Shown one piece after another: positions 27,772 through 41,969 of a stretch of DNA of 64,000 nt. Position 1 is the stretch's first letter, and the number at the start of each line of letters is the position of its first letter. The position numbers and the translations under genes were made by a program. The stretch comes from Paraspadella gotoi (lineage: Eukaryota > Animalia > Chaetognatha): contig CM119266.1 in the NCBI GenBank assembly GCA_051294375.1, positions 15,403,859 to 15,467,858 on the forward strand. Direction: 5' to 3'. The notes beneath the pieces were generated by a model. The model was given only the letters and a program-made list of their open reading frames with translations. It had not been told where the DNA came from and made no database searches.

Positions 27772-27899
27772 CTGCTATATCATTATCTTGTAAGAGTGAT
27801 GGAGGCCTTAAACCACCAAAGCCTGTGCAAAGTCATGGCCAAGATAGCTTATTTATTAAAGAAATGAATAATTTTTATATTGGTTGTACCAATTTCATA
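27772..27899 (+). mobile_element. Short copy of the terminal region of the Naiad-like PLE family
   Basis: Aligns with 60815-60942 (ctgcta..tcatta..gatgga.gccttaaac.accaaa.cctgt.caaagtca...gatagcttatttattaaa...tattggttgtaccaatttcata), which is contiguous with the 60328-60802 copy of the PLE 3' region. Confidence 0.7.
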
Positions 27900-30272
27900 A
27901 TCTTGACGGAAAATATTATAAAAATAATATTGCTGAACAAAGCTGCTCGATGATATTTTTTAAGTTGGTCATTGACGTCATAGTACCCCCCCCCTTCACG
28001 CCCTTCATGTGTCAATCTCGCGCCAATTCTTCCCTCTCTCTCTCTCTCTCTCTCTCTTAGCGTCGACGGATCGAAGAGACGAACGAGATCGTCGTCCGCT
28101 TCAGAGATTGATCATCTCAATAACTAAAAAGACGAAGAATCTCGCGTCTCGCTCCCCCCCCCTCCCCCCTTCCGCCTCCCATTAAAAGACGCTTTCTCTT
28201 TCCCTCGGATCGATGAGTCGCGACGGCGAATTCCTCGTTTCCCCCGATCGGCTTTTTCGCGTTCAACCGCGAAACGGAACGAAAATTATGCGTCATCAAC
28301 GTCGACGCCGTTTTTTTTGTTTTGTTTTGTTTTTTGTTTTTATAATCGTTGACGTCGGAATCGATACATACTTTAGCGCCCTCGGTTTTTTTTTTCGTGG
28401 TTTGGTCGTCGGATGTCTTTCGTAGTCGTCCTTTGCCTCATCTTCGCGCGGTTATGATCGATGAGAGTTGAGATTATTTTTTTTTGGTTTGACCTCGTGT
28501 TGAGCTCGCAACAAAAATACATATATATCTTACGGTAATAACATATATCATCTTTCCGCGAAAGAATCAATAAACTCTTCTTTCTTCTCGAGAGATAAAT
28601 CACAATAATGAATCTGAGAACGAAATAGACAAATCAAAATGAAATGAGCATTTATCAAAAAGCGAAGTTAAATAGGTTTTTAAAAATGCTAAAAACATTT
28701 AGAAGGATTAATTAAATTTATCGATTGCAATTTCTTCTTGCTCAAAAACAACGCCATTGTGGAGGCCTTCTGCTTTCTCTATAAAAATGTATCACGCGAG
28801 ATCCTAATGTTATTTTGATGCAAGGCTTCTCCCCCTTCTTTCTCACTGCCTCACACACCATCATCCCCCGAACGCCGGCTATTTGTTACGCGAGCCGATG
28901 CCATAATCCCCGCTTCCCTTTGAAAAGCAGCCAAGTGATCCAAACCCCATTGGATGACGGGAAAGGCCCTGGGGAAGATAATGGTTCCTTTAGATTTTTC
29001 TTTCCGTCTCCCTCTCTCTCTAGATCTTCTGCTTTGATTAAAATGATTAAAAACTTTTAAAGCGTAAAAGTCGTGATCGATTCTCCCACTCACTGAGATT
29101 TTTTTTTCTTTTTCCCAACTGCGATAGTACAGCGATCGATATCAAGTTCCTTCTTGACAATTTTATCGAATGATTCAAAATGAAGTCTGGGTGATTGAGC
29201 GATCCAGAGCTATGACGAACTCTTTATCTGATAATGCAGTGATGCGATATTCCCTTTGAACGAGCTGAATCAGAACATGCAAATTCTTTCTCAGCGATTT
29301 TCTGGATTGATTGAAAAAAGTATCCGTTCGTTAAAATTACTATCGAGTGACTAGAGAAAGAGAATTCAAATTCACAAGTTGTGAACAAGATATCTATTTA
29401 AAACTATTCTTTTGACCAGCTTATATCCAGTGATTCTTCGCGAGCGAGTGATTCGGAATTTTTTTTAAACCGTTCTCATCCGACGACTTCAAAGTTCCTT
29501 CTCTCTCTTTCTCTATTTTCTCTTTATTTCTTTTCCGTCTTTATTTTTCTTCTCCTCGCCACGCCTCATTTGGCGCTCGGCTCCGCTCAGCTCCGCTCGG
29601 CTCCGCGTTCCTCGAGCCGCTTCATTTGGCGCGATGAATCACGAGTCTTCTCGTCGTCGACTACCGGCGAAGACTTTGCGTTACTGGCGGTTCTACTATG
29701 ACTCTGTCTCTGTCATTGTCTCTTTTGCGTAGAAGCATGAGCGCTGGTGACTGCCAGACCGTGGGGAATCTTAACGCGGTTGTATCAGACGACTGAACTG
29801 TTTATTACATACAAATATATTAAACATACGCTACATGAGATCGAATTATCTATCTCCACTTTTAGCACAAACAGTTGTACGTAATCCCAACTCTTGTCAA
29901 ACTTCTTGTCTGATTCTCCGTGAAAGCGGAAAAAAAGTTTTCTCGCGAATTTCTTGGTTTCTTTCGTCTCACGCCCTCGGTCACAATCGCGTCAAGGAAT
30001 AACAACAACTGATCCGTCGTGAAGGCAGAACTGAATGGAAACTCTTTCTTTCTTTCCTTTTTCTTCATCTGTGAAAGACGGTTTTCTTTTTCTGTTTTTT
30101 TTTTTCGCCGGTCGTCGACGTCGACACCGAACGCTGAGTGGGCCAACAAAAGGGGACGATAGTAAATAAATGTCTGTTATTGTATCTCGCCGCGTGACAC
30201 GAGTCCTGACAGAACTGCTGGCGTTTCGATTTCCCAGTCGTTCCTAACAAGCAACTACGAGAATGATAAATA

Positions 30273-30320
<48 letters not shown>

Positions 30321-32359
30321 AGAAGAGAGAGAGAGAGAGAGAAGTAAATCGTGAATGGATAATAAGTTTGCAAAAGCTAGTTTTTCATAGTTAATGTGAG
30401 AAAAAGGCAGATACAAAATGTTTAAAAATTATAGATGTTTTGGAGAAAATAACAGTAGGCGTCTGAACTAGAAAAAAGAGAGAAAGTTTGTTTTCCATTT
30501 TCGAAGAACGAAAACACATCGTTCCGACACAAGCAGATATTTCGTAATCGTGTGGTCGCGATTTTCTGCGCGCGATCGAAAAGAGAAAAGAAAAGAATAG
30601 AAAAGAAAGAAATTTTTGCACAAAACGGAGAAGAGATAAAAGAGACAGTCGCTCGTTTAGCTTCATTATTTCTCAATTTTGTTTTCGTCTTTTTTCTTTC
30701 GTATTTTTTTGGCTTTCATAAAAATTTTCGATATTTTTCTGTTTCGAGAAAAATAAAACTGAAACAAAAATAAACACGAAATTCTGTCGCTGCCGCTTCA
30801 CTCACTTTTTTATTCTCAAACTTGGCATCCATTTCTTTCTCGCTTCTCGCCATCTTCTCTCCATCTTTTCCAAATCTTTTCTTTATTCTCACATCGTCTC
30901 AACTTCCTTTTTGCCCATTTTAAAAAAAAAATGTTATTTTGCCTTGGAGCTTTACTCGGTATTTAATAATTAGTTTTCACGTACTTCTATATTCAACCTA
31001 AATCCCTGCTCCTACTAAGCTAGCGTTCCTACTGTTTCCCTCTTTACAACCGGTATTCTCATACTTCCCCTTTCATCTATGCTCCGCCTTCCTTATAATA
31101 TCCCCTATATATCTAACTTATATTCTTAGCTTATATTCCTCCCCTCTCCTGCCCTTTTTCGTTTTCTTCCCGCTCTTTGCTCCTTACTTCGTTTGGCTTC
31201 TTTTTTCTGCGTATTTCTACGTGTCTACTTTTTAAAAGCACCAAAAAAAAAAAAAAAAAAACCGTCAAAAAATAAAAACATTTTTACTTTTTTCTTTCCA
31301 TATTTTCCGCTTTTTCTCGACTCTTAAATTTATCGGGTGGCCTCGCGAAGACCGAAGTCTCATTTTTTTTTACCTTCCGAACCTAAAATTAAAATCGATT
31401 TTGCAGTCGATAGGGATCGACGTTTGGGAATTGGGATCGACGACTTCGGGAGAGATCGACCGGTGTTCTTTTTTTTTTTTGGGGGGGGGGGAAGACGCAA
31501 TCCACAACGTCGATTTTCGGGTATAAAAAGGCGATAAATTCCTTGTCTATTTCCCAGACTAAACGGACAATTTACGATCGTTTATTTAATCTTGGCGAGC
31601 GATCACTGATCAGCAATGACCCAACGACGTTACAGTACTTTTTTTTTCGGCTAGTCGCGCGAACTGTACATGCAAAATCCATCGAAAATTTTTTTTTTAT
31701 TTGCACTTTCCCAAAATTTATTACCCGAAAGAAATAAAGGTCGAATAATCTTCTTTTTTTAGATCTGAGAATGTATGTTTGCTCGGAGGGTTCCTCTTTT
31801 TTTTTTCCCTATATTTTTTTAAAACTTAACTTTTAAAGCAGAAAATTTCATTAAACTGCGTGACGTTGGCCGAGAGGGGGCGATTTCTTTTGTCTGGCAT
31901 ATTTCTCATATGCTGGCACCCCGTCGGAAAGATTAAGCGATAATTTCAGCGGCTCCGGGGACCGATAAAACATCATGGAAGCCGGTGAGGATGATGGATC
32001 TTTATTTATTCCTCCTTACCCTCCGCAAACCCCTTACCCACTCCCTCTCTGTATTGTTGCTCTCACCCTTTTATTTTCTTACTCTCCTCCGTGAAATCGT
32101 AGTGTTTCTGGTGCGCGTGAAGACGCCTTGCTTGTTTTTTTTTCTCTCTTCGTTGTCGTCGTTGTCGTTAGAGTTGTTGTCGCCTCGTCGTTAGGCTTCA
32201 TCAGTCAATTTTAGACAAACGCCATCGTCTCTGGTCGAGATGCAGAAGCAACGCGTAACAACTTTCTATTTCGGTGACTTATTTGTGGCAGTGACGATTT
32301 AGTCGGCTCGTTTAAGGAACTTTCTCGTCTTCTCTTCCTTCCTGCTCTCTCTCTTCTCT

Positions 32360-32411
<52 letters not shown>

Positions 32412-33266
32412 TTTTATTTATTTTATCGCCACTACTATCTACTTGTAACTTCGGAGGCCGTTGGCCATTTTAAAGTCTTCAATCCTTGGGTTATATCTTT
32501 TGTCTTACGTACTTAGCAGTTAGCAACCCTTATTTTATTTTCCTTAGCAGACTGTTCACTCTTGCAGAAGACGAAGAGAGAGAGAGACCGGTGGTAAGTC
32601 GCCTCACTCTGTTTATGTCTCGCGAAGTTTAATCACGGAGTTAAACGGTAGGTATCTGTTTGTTTCTCCAATTGGCTTAAAGTCTTCGACGGTTCGCCAC
32701 TCAGTCCCTTTCATTACAGTCCTGCTCTCCGTCTGCCCCTAGATCCGTTTGACAGGCAATCCGCTCCATTTTATTCTAGACGGATGTATTGGACTCTGTT
32801 TTTCGGCAACGAATTTCGCGCCGAGGCTTTCATCAACGCCGTATCCAATTAGCTCCGTTCTCGTCTGTGACTGACGCCGTCGACCGACTAATTTCTTTCT
32901 CGCTTAACCCGTCCCGGCGTCCTGCCCTCTCGACTTCCGTTTTTCTCGCTGTTCGTTTGTTTGTTTGTTTACTTTTTTTCGCTCGGTTTACCCACCGACC
33001 TTTTCTAAGTATCCCTCTTGATTGCTTGTATGTGGGAATATTTTTTTCTTTTTTGGTTGTTGCTTATTTGTACGAACGGTTTTTCCGTTTTCATTTGCAA
33101 CTTAATCATGTTTGTTTGTTAGTTTGTCGGTAAGCAAAATAAAAAAGTTTGATCCAATCCTGTTTCTCTCCTTTTTTTTTTCTTTCTTTCACTTTGCAGT
33201 TGAATGCCAAGAAAGAAAAAAAAGGTGAAGAGAGAAGATTCTCCCTCCACAAAAAGCCAAAGAGAC

Positions 33267-33297
<31 letters not shown>

Positions 33298-35370
33298 AGA
33301 GATGGAGAGAGAGAGATAGAAAATCTCTAAAAAAGTGATAAAAATAAAAGAGAAATAAAGGATCAGAGCAGCGACAAAAAACACCGAAACCGTCGCCACT
33401 GAAAAAAAAAAGTGAAAAAGGGGAAAAAAAATGATGGAAGAGGAAAAGACAGAGAAGGAGACGGAAATCGATAAAGTGGCACAAAATCCGCTCGCCCTCT
33501 ACCCCCTCCTCCCCCCTACCGGAGAAAAAAAGAAAACACTGTATACCGAAACAAAACAGCATGTTCGTCGATTTGGATATCTTCAACTAATCAAAAAAAT
33601 ATGTATAAAAATAGAAACGTTGCACCTTCTCTCTTTTTCTTTTTTTGTTCTCTCATTCTTCCATTTTGTTTCTTTCTTTTTCTTCTTTTTTCTCTCCACG
33701 TTTCCCTCTCCCTTCGGCGAGCACCTATTTCTGTTTTGGGATTTGAAGATTGAAGAAAATGTAGATTTAATCCAGAAACGCTCGCGGCCTAAAAAAAAAA
33801 CTCGGAGTGAAAGAGAGTAGAAGTCCTGAAAGAAAAAAAAGGGAAACAAAAAAGAAAAAAGTTTTTTTTTTCTTTCTTTTTTTTAATATAAATAATTCAA
33901 CGAGTGTCCTGCCCTTCCTTCTCTTTTTTATCTCTAGAAAAATAGATAACGAAAATAAAAAAGAGGCTTTAATAAAAGAAGAATCACGCCGTAACTGAGA
34001 AAAAAATATAAAAAGAAACGAAAAAAAAGAAAGAGGAGAGAGGAAAAGTTCAAATCGGTGATTTCGTGACAATCGATAGAGAACAGCAGCGAACAGTGAA
34101 CAGAGAAAATTTCGATATTTCGTTCTTCAGCCTAGACAACAAAATAAAAACTGTGGTTTTCGTGGCAAATGAGTGTTTTGAAAAAAAAAAAACTCTCTAA
34201 TATCTGAAAGAAGCTGTGGGTAGCGAGCGATCTTTGCCCAATCCAGGCTCAATATTTACTGTTGTCGTTCCTCAGGCGTTGGCCAAGTGGTTTTCTCCAG
34301 TTATTGATAATTTAAAAGATAACAGAAAAAAAAAGCTGCTTAATATTCGTAAAAAAAAAATTAGTCGACGCGGAAAGCAAAGCTGAGTGATAAAGCTCGC
34401 TAATTTGTTACCGTTTTTTAAAAAAGTATTAGTAAATTGACGAGACAATTCGATTTTTCTTTTCATTTCTCTTTTAAATTTTTCATTCCATCTCGAAGGA
34501 AAATTTACCCCCGGGAAGAACGCGGGGTCGAATAATAGATCATTTTTTTCCCTTTTTTCAAACGTCAAAAATGATTCATTTTTCCTTATTTTTTTTCGAT
34601 GAAGGAATAAAAAGAGGAAAATCCAGCGCCAAATATCCGCGACAAAAAAATTTAACTCCCCCGGACTGGTGACCCGAGCTTAAGTTCGAGAATGTTTGCG
34701 ACATGACATGACATGACATTCTGGTTTCCTCAGAGATAAGTACCTTTTCGCGGAGGCGCAGCGTGGTCTATCGTTGGACAAATACCCGAAACTAATTTCT
34801 GATAAAAGGTCTTTTTTTTGGCGAACTGCTCTTCTCGTATGTTTGTCTTCCACTTCTTTGGTTGAATTTTTTTTTTTTGGGGGGGGAGGAAACTGCCTGC
34901 TTTCTTATAGATCGAAAATGTTTTAACTGATTCTTTTATACGGCCCTTAAACAATATTGGATTTCAAATATTAGTCGCAATCATCGAGATTAAGTGGTGG
35001 AGAAAAACTGGTCGATTTCTTTCATAGTGAACAAAAGCAGAAAAACGAGGAAAGGATAAGTCAATAAGTCAATAAATGTCGAGTTAATTTATTTATCGAT
35101 TATCCGCTCAGGTTGACTGAGTTCATTTTCTGATCGCCAATGAAAACAACAAACCTATAAAAATTATTGAATGTTAAAGATTGTCCAAGTTTTTAATTGT
35201 AATCCTTTTATGAACAATGTTTAAAATAATTTTTTGTTGCTCAAAAGATTTTTCATTTTCAGAGCGATTTTCAATAGAGTAAAAAATATCATTAGATTAA
35301 AATGGTCCTAACCTATTCCGATTCTTTCCATTTCCAGACTTCCCTACCCTCTTGTCCCACATGACGCACT

Positions 35371-38300
35371 ATGCGCGACCGCCCCGATGACGTCGCCGTC
35401 GCCGCCGCATCCGCCTTCGACGCCGAAGCTGGCGTTCGAGTAAAGACCATGTCCAGTGGCGCCACTGGCGCCGGCCATAACTCGCTCGGGGTCCGCTCCG
35501 CCTCGGAGATCGCCTTCTCTTCGCCGCCAGCGTCGCAACTTCGCCGCCAAAAGACCGAGGTAGTCTCTTCCGTCGCCTCCCCATCGCCCCTCGTCTCCCC
35601 GCACGGCGCCGTCTCCGCGTCCCCGGCGTCTTCGTCCACGGTATCCCCGCTCTCCTCGACCCCGCAGTCCTCCTCCACCCCGGCGTTGCTCTTGCCCAAC
35701 TACGGGCGCCTTCCCGCGCCGCCTCCGGCGCTACCCACGGACGCTTACGGCGCCGCCATGGAGGCCGCCAAGGAGGCCGTCTCCCCGACCTCGCATCAAC
35801 GACTCGCCAACAACAATAACAATTCCTCCACGGCCGCGGCGGCAGCCGTCGCAGCGCCGCTGACCGTCGGCGAAAACGGCTGCGCGCGGTTCGCCCAGAG
35901 TCGGAAGCAGAGACTTCGCTACTACTACGTGACGCGGGAGCCGCGAAAAGTGGCGCTCGTCAAGGACGGACGCGGAAGTCTCGGATTTAACATCGTCGGC
36001 GGCGAAGACGGCGCCGAGGGCATCTTCATCTCCTTCATCCTCGCCGGCGGCGTCGCGGACTTGAGCGGGGAGTTGCGGCGCGGTGATCAGATCCTCTCCG
36101 TCAACGAGATCGACCTGCAGAGGGCGACTCACGAGGAGGCCGCCAGGGTGTTGAAGGTAGGGCTCTTGTTAATGTTAAATGTTAAATGTTTTAGGAGGTT
36201 TTGGCCTCATCGTGAGATTTGATTATTTCCTTTTATTAAAAAAAATATTCCCAAGAAAACCTCTCCCCAAGTTATTTCTTTGATTTCCCACCCATCTTTT
36301 ACTTTTCAGGGAACCGGCCAGAGAGTCGTACTCGTGGTGCAGTACAGACCCGAAGAGTACAATCAGTTCGAAGCCAAGATCCACGACTTGAGGGAGAACG
36401 TTCTAAACGCTAACACCGGAACCCTGCGCACAATACAGGTTTACAGAGTGCCTAGAATTTATTGGCTGGCATAGTTTGCAATGAGATCATGGTATATAGA
36501 CGGCTGGTTTTTCAACAAGAGTTGGAATCAGGGGGGGGGAAGAGTTCCACGTTCGAGTTCAATTTCGAGTAATTTTAAGGGGGAGAACATTAAAAACCAT
36601 TAATCTTTAAAAGTCGTCTGCTAGAAAGAAGAAAATAGACGGAGGGGGAACAAACTCAGAAAAAAAAAATGAAGGAAAGAAGAAACGCGAAAAGGAATAT
36701 GAAAAATTGAGAAAATGAAAAACGGAAGATGAAGAAATGAAAGGGAAAAGGAGCGGGACGAAGGAAGAACAAAAACAAACAAATAATTAACTGCTTTTTA
36801 TTTAAACGCTTTGCTTATTATTACATCCGTTATGGATAAGTGTTGTTGTAAAAAAAAAGTAGCGTGAAAGTAAAATCTTGCAAATTTGTGATATTTTTTA
36901 TGCTAAGCGCCCTGGGTTGGTGAGTTTGAAATTTAAAATATTTGATCCTCGTACTTCTTTTCCTTCTTTGAATCGAGGCTGAACTTTAGAATAATCGAGA
37001 AAGAATGTAGAAACTAAGACGGTCACGTCGAAAAATAATCCGAAATGTCCGAAAGCTTTTCGTCTCTTCAGCTTTAACACCCTCACCTCTCTTTCTCCAT
37101 CCCCACTTCCAGAAAAAGTCCCTCTACGTGCGCGCCTTCTTCGACTACGATCCTTCCAAGGACTGCGCCCTTCCGAGCCGCGGCCTCCGCTTTACCCACG
37201 GCGACATACTCCACGTCGTCAACGCCTCCGACGAAGAGTGGTGGCAGGCGCGTCGGGTGCTGGAGGACGGCGAGGAGGCGGGCCTGGCTATTATACCGTC
37301 CAAGCGGAGGGTCGAGAAAAAAGAGCGGCAGCGATTGAAAAAGGTAAGGTATAGAGGGCTTAGATTAACATATACAAAGATTACCCGAAAATGATACTGA
37401 TGAGGTTTGTTGATTTTGAGAGGGTCAAAATTCGGTGATTTTTAGATTAAAAGATTTTGTGCATAGATAAAAACGATTTTTTAAAAATGGCAAGAAACTT
37501 TTTAGATGGCTAAGTGAAGTTGGGAGGAAAAACTTGAACTTGGATTGAGGTGAGGCGCAAAGGGGAGAGACAAGAAATCTTCGAACGAGAAGTCGAGAAT
37601 ACGAGATGAGGCGACGATCACAAAGACGACGAGGAATGGGTGAGGTGGGTAAGGAAAGAAAAAAGATATGGGGGGAACACGAATTCCAAAATGGGGCAAT
37701 GATAGGAAGAGAAATTAAGGTAGGGGAAAAATGAGTTGGTGGGTTGTACGGTCAAAAGTAGTAAGTCCCTGTCGATCTTGTCCAGAAATCGAATTATTAA
37801 GCGATTAAATTTCCTATCAATAAGGAACATCGGCATAACGTTGCATAGCATAGCTTATCATATCATATTAAGACATCTTCATTGACGTTTTTTTTTAAAT
37901 ATTAATAACAAAAACGGTATCAAAATAATTGAATACTAACACTAGTAGCAGTGTTGATTTAAAAAAAAAAAGTAAACTGCAATATGTGAAACAAAACAAT
38001 TAAGCAAATAGCATATTTAATACAGATTTACATAGCCAGAGGAAATGTTTTTCATACTCTGTCCAATGCTGTAGATCGAAAAATCTTAAATTTTTTTCAC
38101 ATTTTGAATATCCAGATTGTTTGCTATATGCCAGATCATTTTTTTACTGGCAATCGGTCTGAAATTATGCCAGATCTGGCACACAGTATGCTAAGTTTTA
38201 ACCAGAGCAATTATCTAGCATTGATATTTTATTATTATTTATTAATAGCTTCTATTTATAGCTAAAACTTAAATCATCCCCGATGAGTCAAAGACTTCGT

Positions 38301-39752
38301 CGTCTTATACAGCTTCGAATAAAAAAATATCGCTGTATTTTAGTTATTGATCCTCATTTAAAAAAAATTGTTATTTTTTTTGGTATAAACTAAATTCTAG
38401 CAATCTAATAAACACTGTTATGAAGCTAATTTTATAATGTTACTACAATATGCAAATAAGATGAAAAACTAATTTGATCACGAAATTTAAATTTCTTGTT
38501 GCTTCTCCAATTTTATGACGGACAATAATTTAAACTAAACCTATTTTCACTACCTATCCATTCGTAGGTGAACTTCATCGGTAAAGAATCACCTCATCCC
38601 TCTTCGGACAAGAAGAAAAAGACTCTCGCCTTCTCGCGCAAGTTTCCCTTCATGAAGAGCAAAGAGCAGCTGATGAGCGAGGAGGCCGAAGTCGCCGCCG
38701 CAGAACCGCAGCATCATTTGCAGCAGCAACCGCCGCCGGAGGAGCAAATCGACTCGTACGAGGCAGTCATTCAGGAGGACATCGATTACGCGCGGCCCGT
38801 CGTCGTCCTCGGCGTCATGAAGGTCCGTGCTTGCTCTTGACGTCGTTATTGTTCGTTAAAGGGATAAGGGGGGATTATTTTGGGGGAGAGAACGTTCGCA
38901 AAAAGTACGTGTTGTATTTTAAAAATGAACTGAAGGATTTCGAGACAAAACAGATTACAGAAAAACCAAAGACGAATCTTTTTTCGCGCACATATTTTTG
39001 TTTATTCTTTACCTTAATCATTGAAGAAACTCCTATCTTAACTATGTAACTATTTCTTAAACCTAAAAATTAATTTAATTTCTAAATTGGGCTTTTCACT
39101 ACTAACTGCTATTTTAACTGCAATTAACTGCTATCAAAGATCTAACATCTTCCCTTTTCCTTCTCTAGTTTTAATCCCCACCCTCTCTTTCCTCAACCCC
39201 CCTTCCCAGGACCGCATCAACGACGATCTCATCGCCGAGGACCCCGACCGGTTCGGGTCCTGCGTTCCTCACACGACGCGGCCGCGACGGGACTACGAGA
39301 TCGACGGTCGCGACTATCACTTCGTCGATTCTCGGGCGCGAATGGAGACGGACATCCAGAACCACCTCTTCATCGAGGCCGGCCAGTACAACGACAACCT
39401 CTACGGGACCTCGGTCGTCTCGGTGCGCGAGGTGGCCGAGGCCGGCAAGCACTGCGTGCTCGACGTCAGCGCCAACGCCATCAAGCGGCTCCAGGCGGCC
39501 GACCTCCACCCCATCTCCGTCCTCATCAAGCCCGCCTCCGTCGACGCCATCATGGACATGAACAAACGCGTGACGGAGGAACAGGCGCTGAAGACGCTCG
39601 AACGGACGCTCAAGACGGAGCGTGAGTTCGGCGCCGCCTTCACCGCCGTCGTCGTCGGCGAGACGCTGGCGGAGATCTACGAGCGAGTCAAGGAGGTCAT
39701 CAGGAGGGAGAGCGGCTCCACCATCTGGGTCCCGGTGAGGGATCCCGTTTGA
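35371..39752 (+). CDS. dlg1: Discs large (DLG/MAGUK) protein: PDZ(3)-SH3-HOOK-guanylate kinase
   Basis: Exons 35371-36156, 36310-36438, 37113-37343, 38568-38822, 39210-39752. Motifs [23 protein letters not shown] (PDZ3), [18 protein letters not shown] (SH3), [10 protein letters not shown] (HOOK), [37 protein letters not shown] (GK). The start codon is uncertain. Confidence 0.93.
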
Positions 39753-40549
39753 GGACGTTTTGGAGAGTCCGGCTCGCCATGGGGGAACGATGGACCCCCT
39801 TTTTGATTCAAAACCATAAATTTTTCTCGCAGTGATAAGAAGTAATCGACTCGTTGATTTTTCCCGCGTCGTCCGCTAATGATAAAAAAAAACAAAAAAA
39901 CCCGTTGATCAAAAAGCAAAATGAACGCGTATGAAAAATAATAAATCTTGTAAACTCACTTCTGTGGTTTGCCCTCTTCCCGGGAACCCAAAGTCATAAT
40001 CTCCGCTTCCAGATTCGACAAATGTGTTTCGTTCTCTTCTACGGTTTTGATTTTTTTTTTTTCATTTTTTCCCTCCTCCCATTCCCCAACTGTTTTTCCG
40101 TCACTTATATCGTTCTCCCTCTTTTTCTTTTCTTATGGTATTACTGTTAAATAAGATTAATTTATTGTGTTTTCTTTTCTCCAGTTTATATCCTTTTTAT
40201 CATTTTTCACTACGTAATTGTACGTACTAGAGTCATTTAAAAAAAAACGAAACAAACGTAGCGAAAGTCACCATCGTCCTTTTTCTTTTAATATAATCAC
40301 CGCCGATTAAATCGAAATTAACGTAGATTTTACCAGATTTCGTTTTTCCGTCGGTAAATATCGGTCTTTTTCGTTTTCATCGAACCAAATCTAAGTCAAC
40401 ATTGATCGGGGAAGCGCGATGCTTGTTATGTGAAAACGACCTGAATCTGTGGATTCACCGTTTGTTATTTTGAGTCTTCAACTGGTCCTGATATTAAAAA
40501 AAACACGCACTCTGTATACTGGGGGAAAACTGCATGCCTTACCTGTTAA

Positions 40550-40720
<171 letters not shown>

Positions 40721-41969
40721 ACCGTTAGCGCCATCTACAAAAAAAAGTCCATGTACAAAAATTATCAGTTTGACGCATATGCGATACAATCATAGATTGG
40801 TTGATTCGTCCGTTCATTCCTTGTATAGATTAGTATATAGTGCGTGAATTTTAAATTAGTTCCCGTTGTATATGGAAATCTATTTATTGAAAAACGATAA
40901 ATTAAAAAAAAATCATGTTTGGGTCTACACGAAATATTGAACCATGAACGTACAATCAATCGTAAGTTATTCTTTAAGAATCATTCTCAAGATTTCTTCT
41001 TTGAGTTTTTTAACGAGCAGCCACGCTCCAATCATGCGCGCATTTTGAACCATAATTTGCAAATATTCACAGACGTCAATGGATGCGCGTTCAATACGCA
41101 TCATTAAAACGCAATTTATTTTCTTGAACATCACATTGTTTAATAATTTTTTCGTTCGCAGCGTCGTTTCTTTATCAGTGGCACTTATTAAAAAAAAATC
41201 ATTTTTTTACCATTAACTCACTAAATTCAAAAGAAAAGATTTTGTGATTTTTCTTTCTGGTTCTCACGCTCAGTCTGGCGAAGACAATGAAAAGGCAAAC
41301 ACGATGACGAGAGTTTGGAATCATGTTTTGTTGTAATAGAAATAATATCATATATTCTTTTAATGTATTTTTTATTTAAGAATTGAATTTGCTTTGCATA
41401 CTCCCGTGATTCTAAGCTCGTCAGTCATCTTGTCTGTCGATAACTATGCTGTGATGATGATAAATTGATAACTTTTTTCAATGATTAACCCAGTCGATCT
41501 TTTTAACATTCATGACGAATTAAATCTGAAGGCTTTATGATAATATCGAATGACGTATTCAAGAATGACAGACGGTGAGAAGGATGTATGGATTTTCAAC
41601 TAATGTTTGGGTTTTTACTTGTGTAATATATACTTTGGTGACTTAAACAAATCTTTCGTAGTTGTAGTATCTCTTCGTCCAGATTATCATTGATGGCTTT
41701 TTTTGTTAAATAAAAAAATGGATTATTCTGTGTAACATAAACCTTTACTACTCATCATTCTGTTATAAATAAACTGTTACGAAATACAAAAAAAAAACCG
41801 GACCTTTTTTCGGATTAAAAAAGGCAACGACTCATTGATTTTTTACCAATAGTTAACTACAAACTACCGCAATCTACTTTTCATTTTATTGCCAAAACTT
41901 TTTCTCGAAGATTTTTCGCTCGCCACTGTTTTCGTTTCTTTCAAATTCCCGGAAAAAAAAACAATTGGT

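Noticed and set aside
37950-38210. Possible MITE with CAGTGTTG...GCCAGATCTGGCACACAG ends in a dlg intron
   Set aside because: The left end is too degenerate to define TIRs or a TSD.
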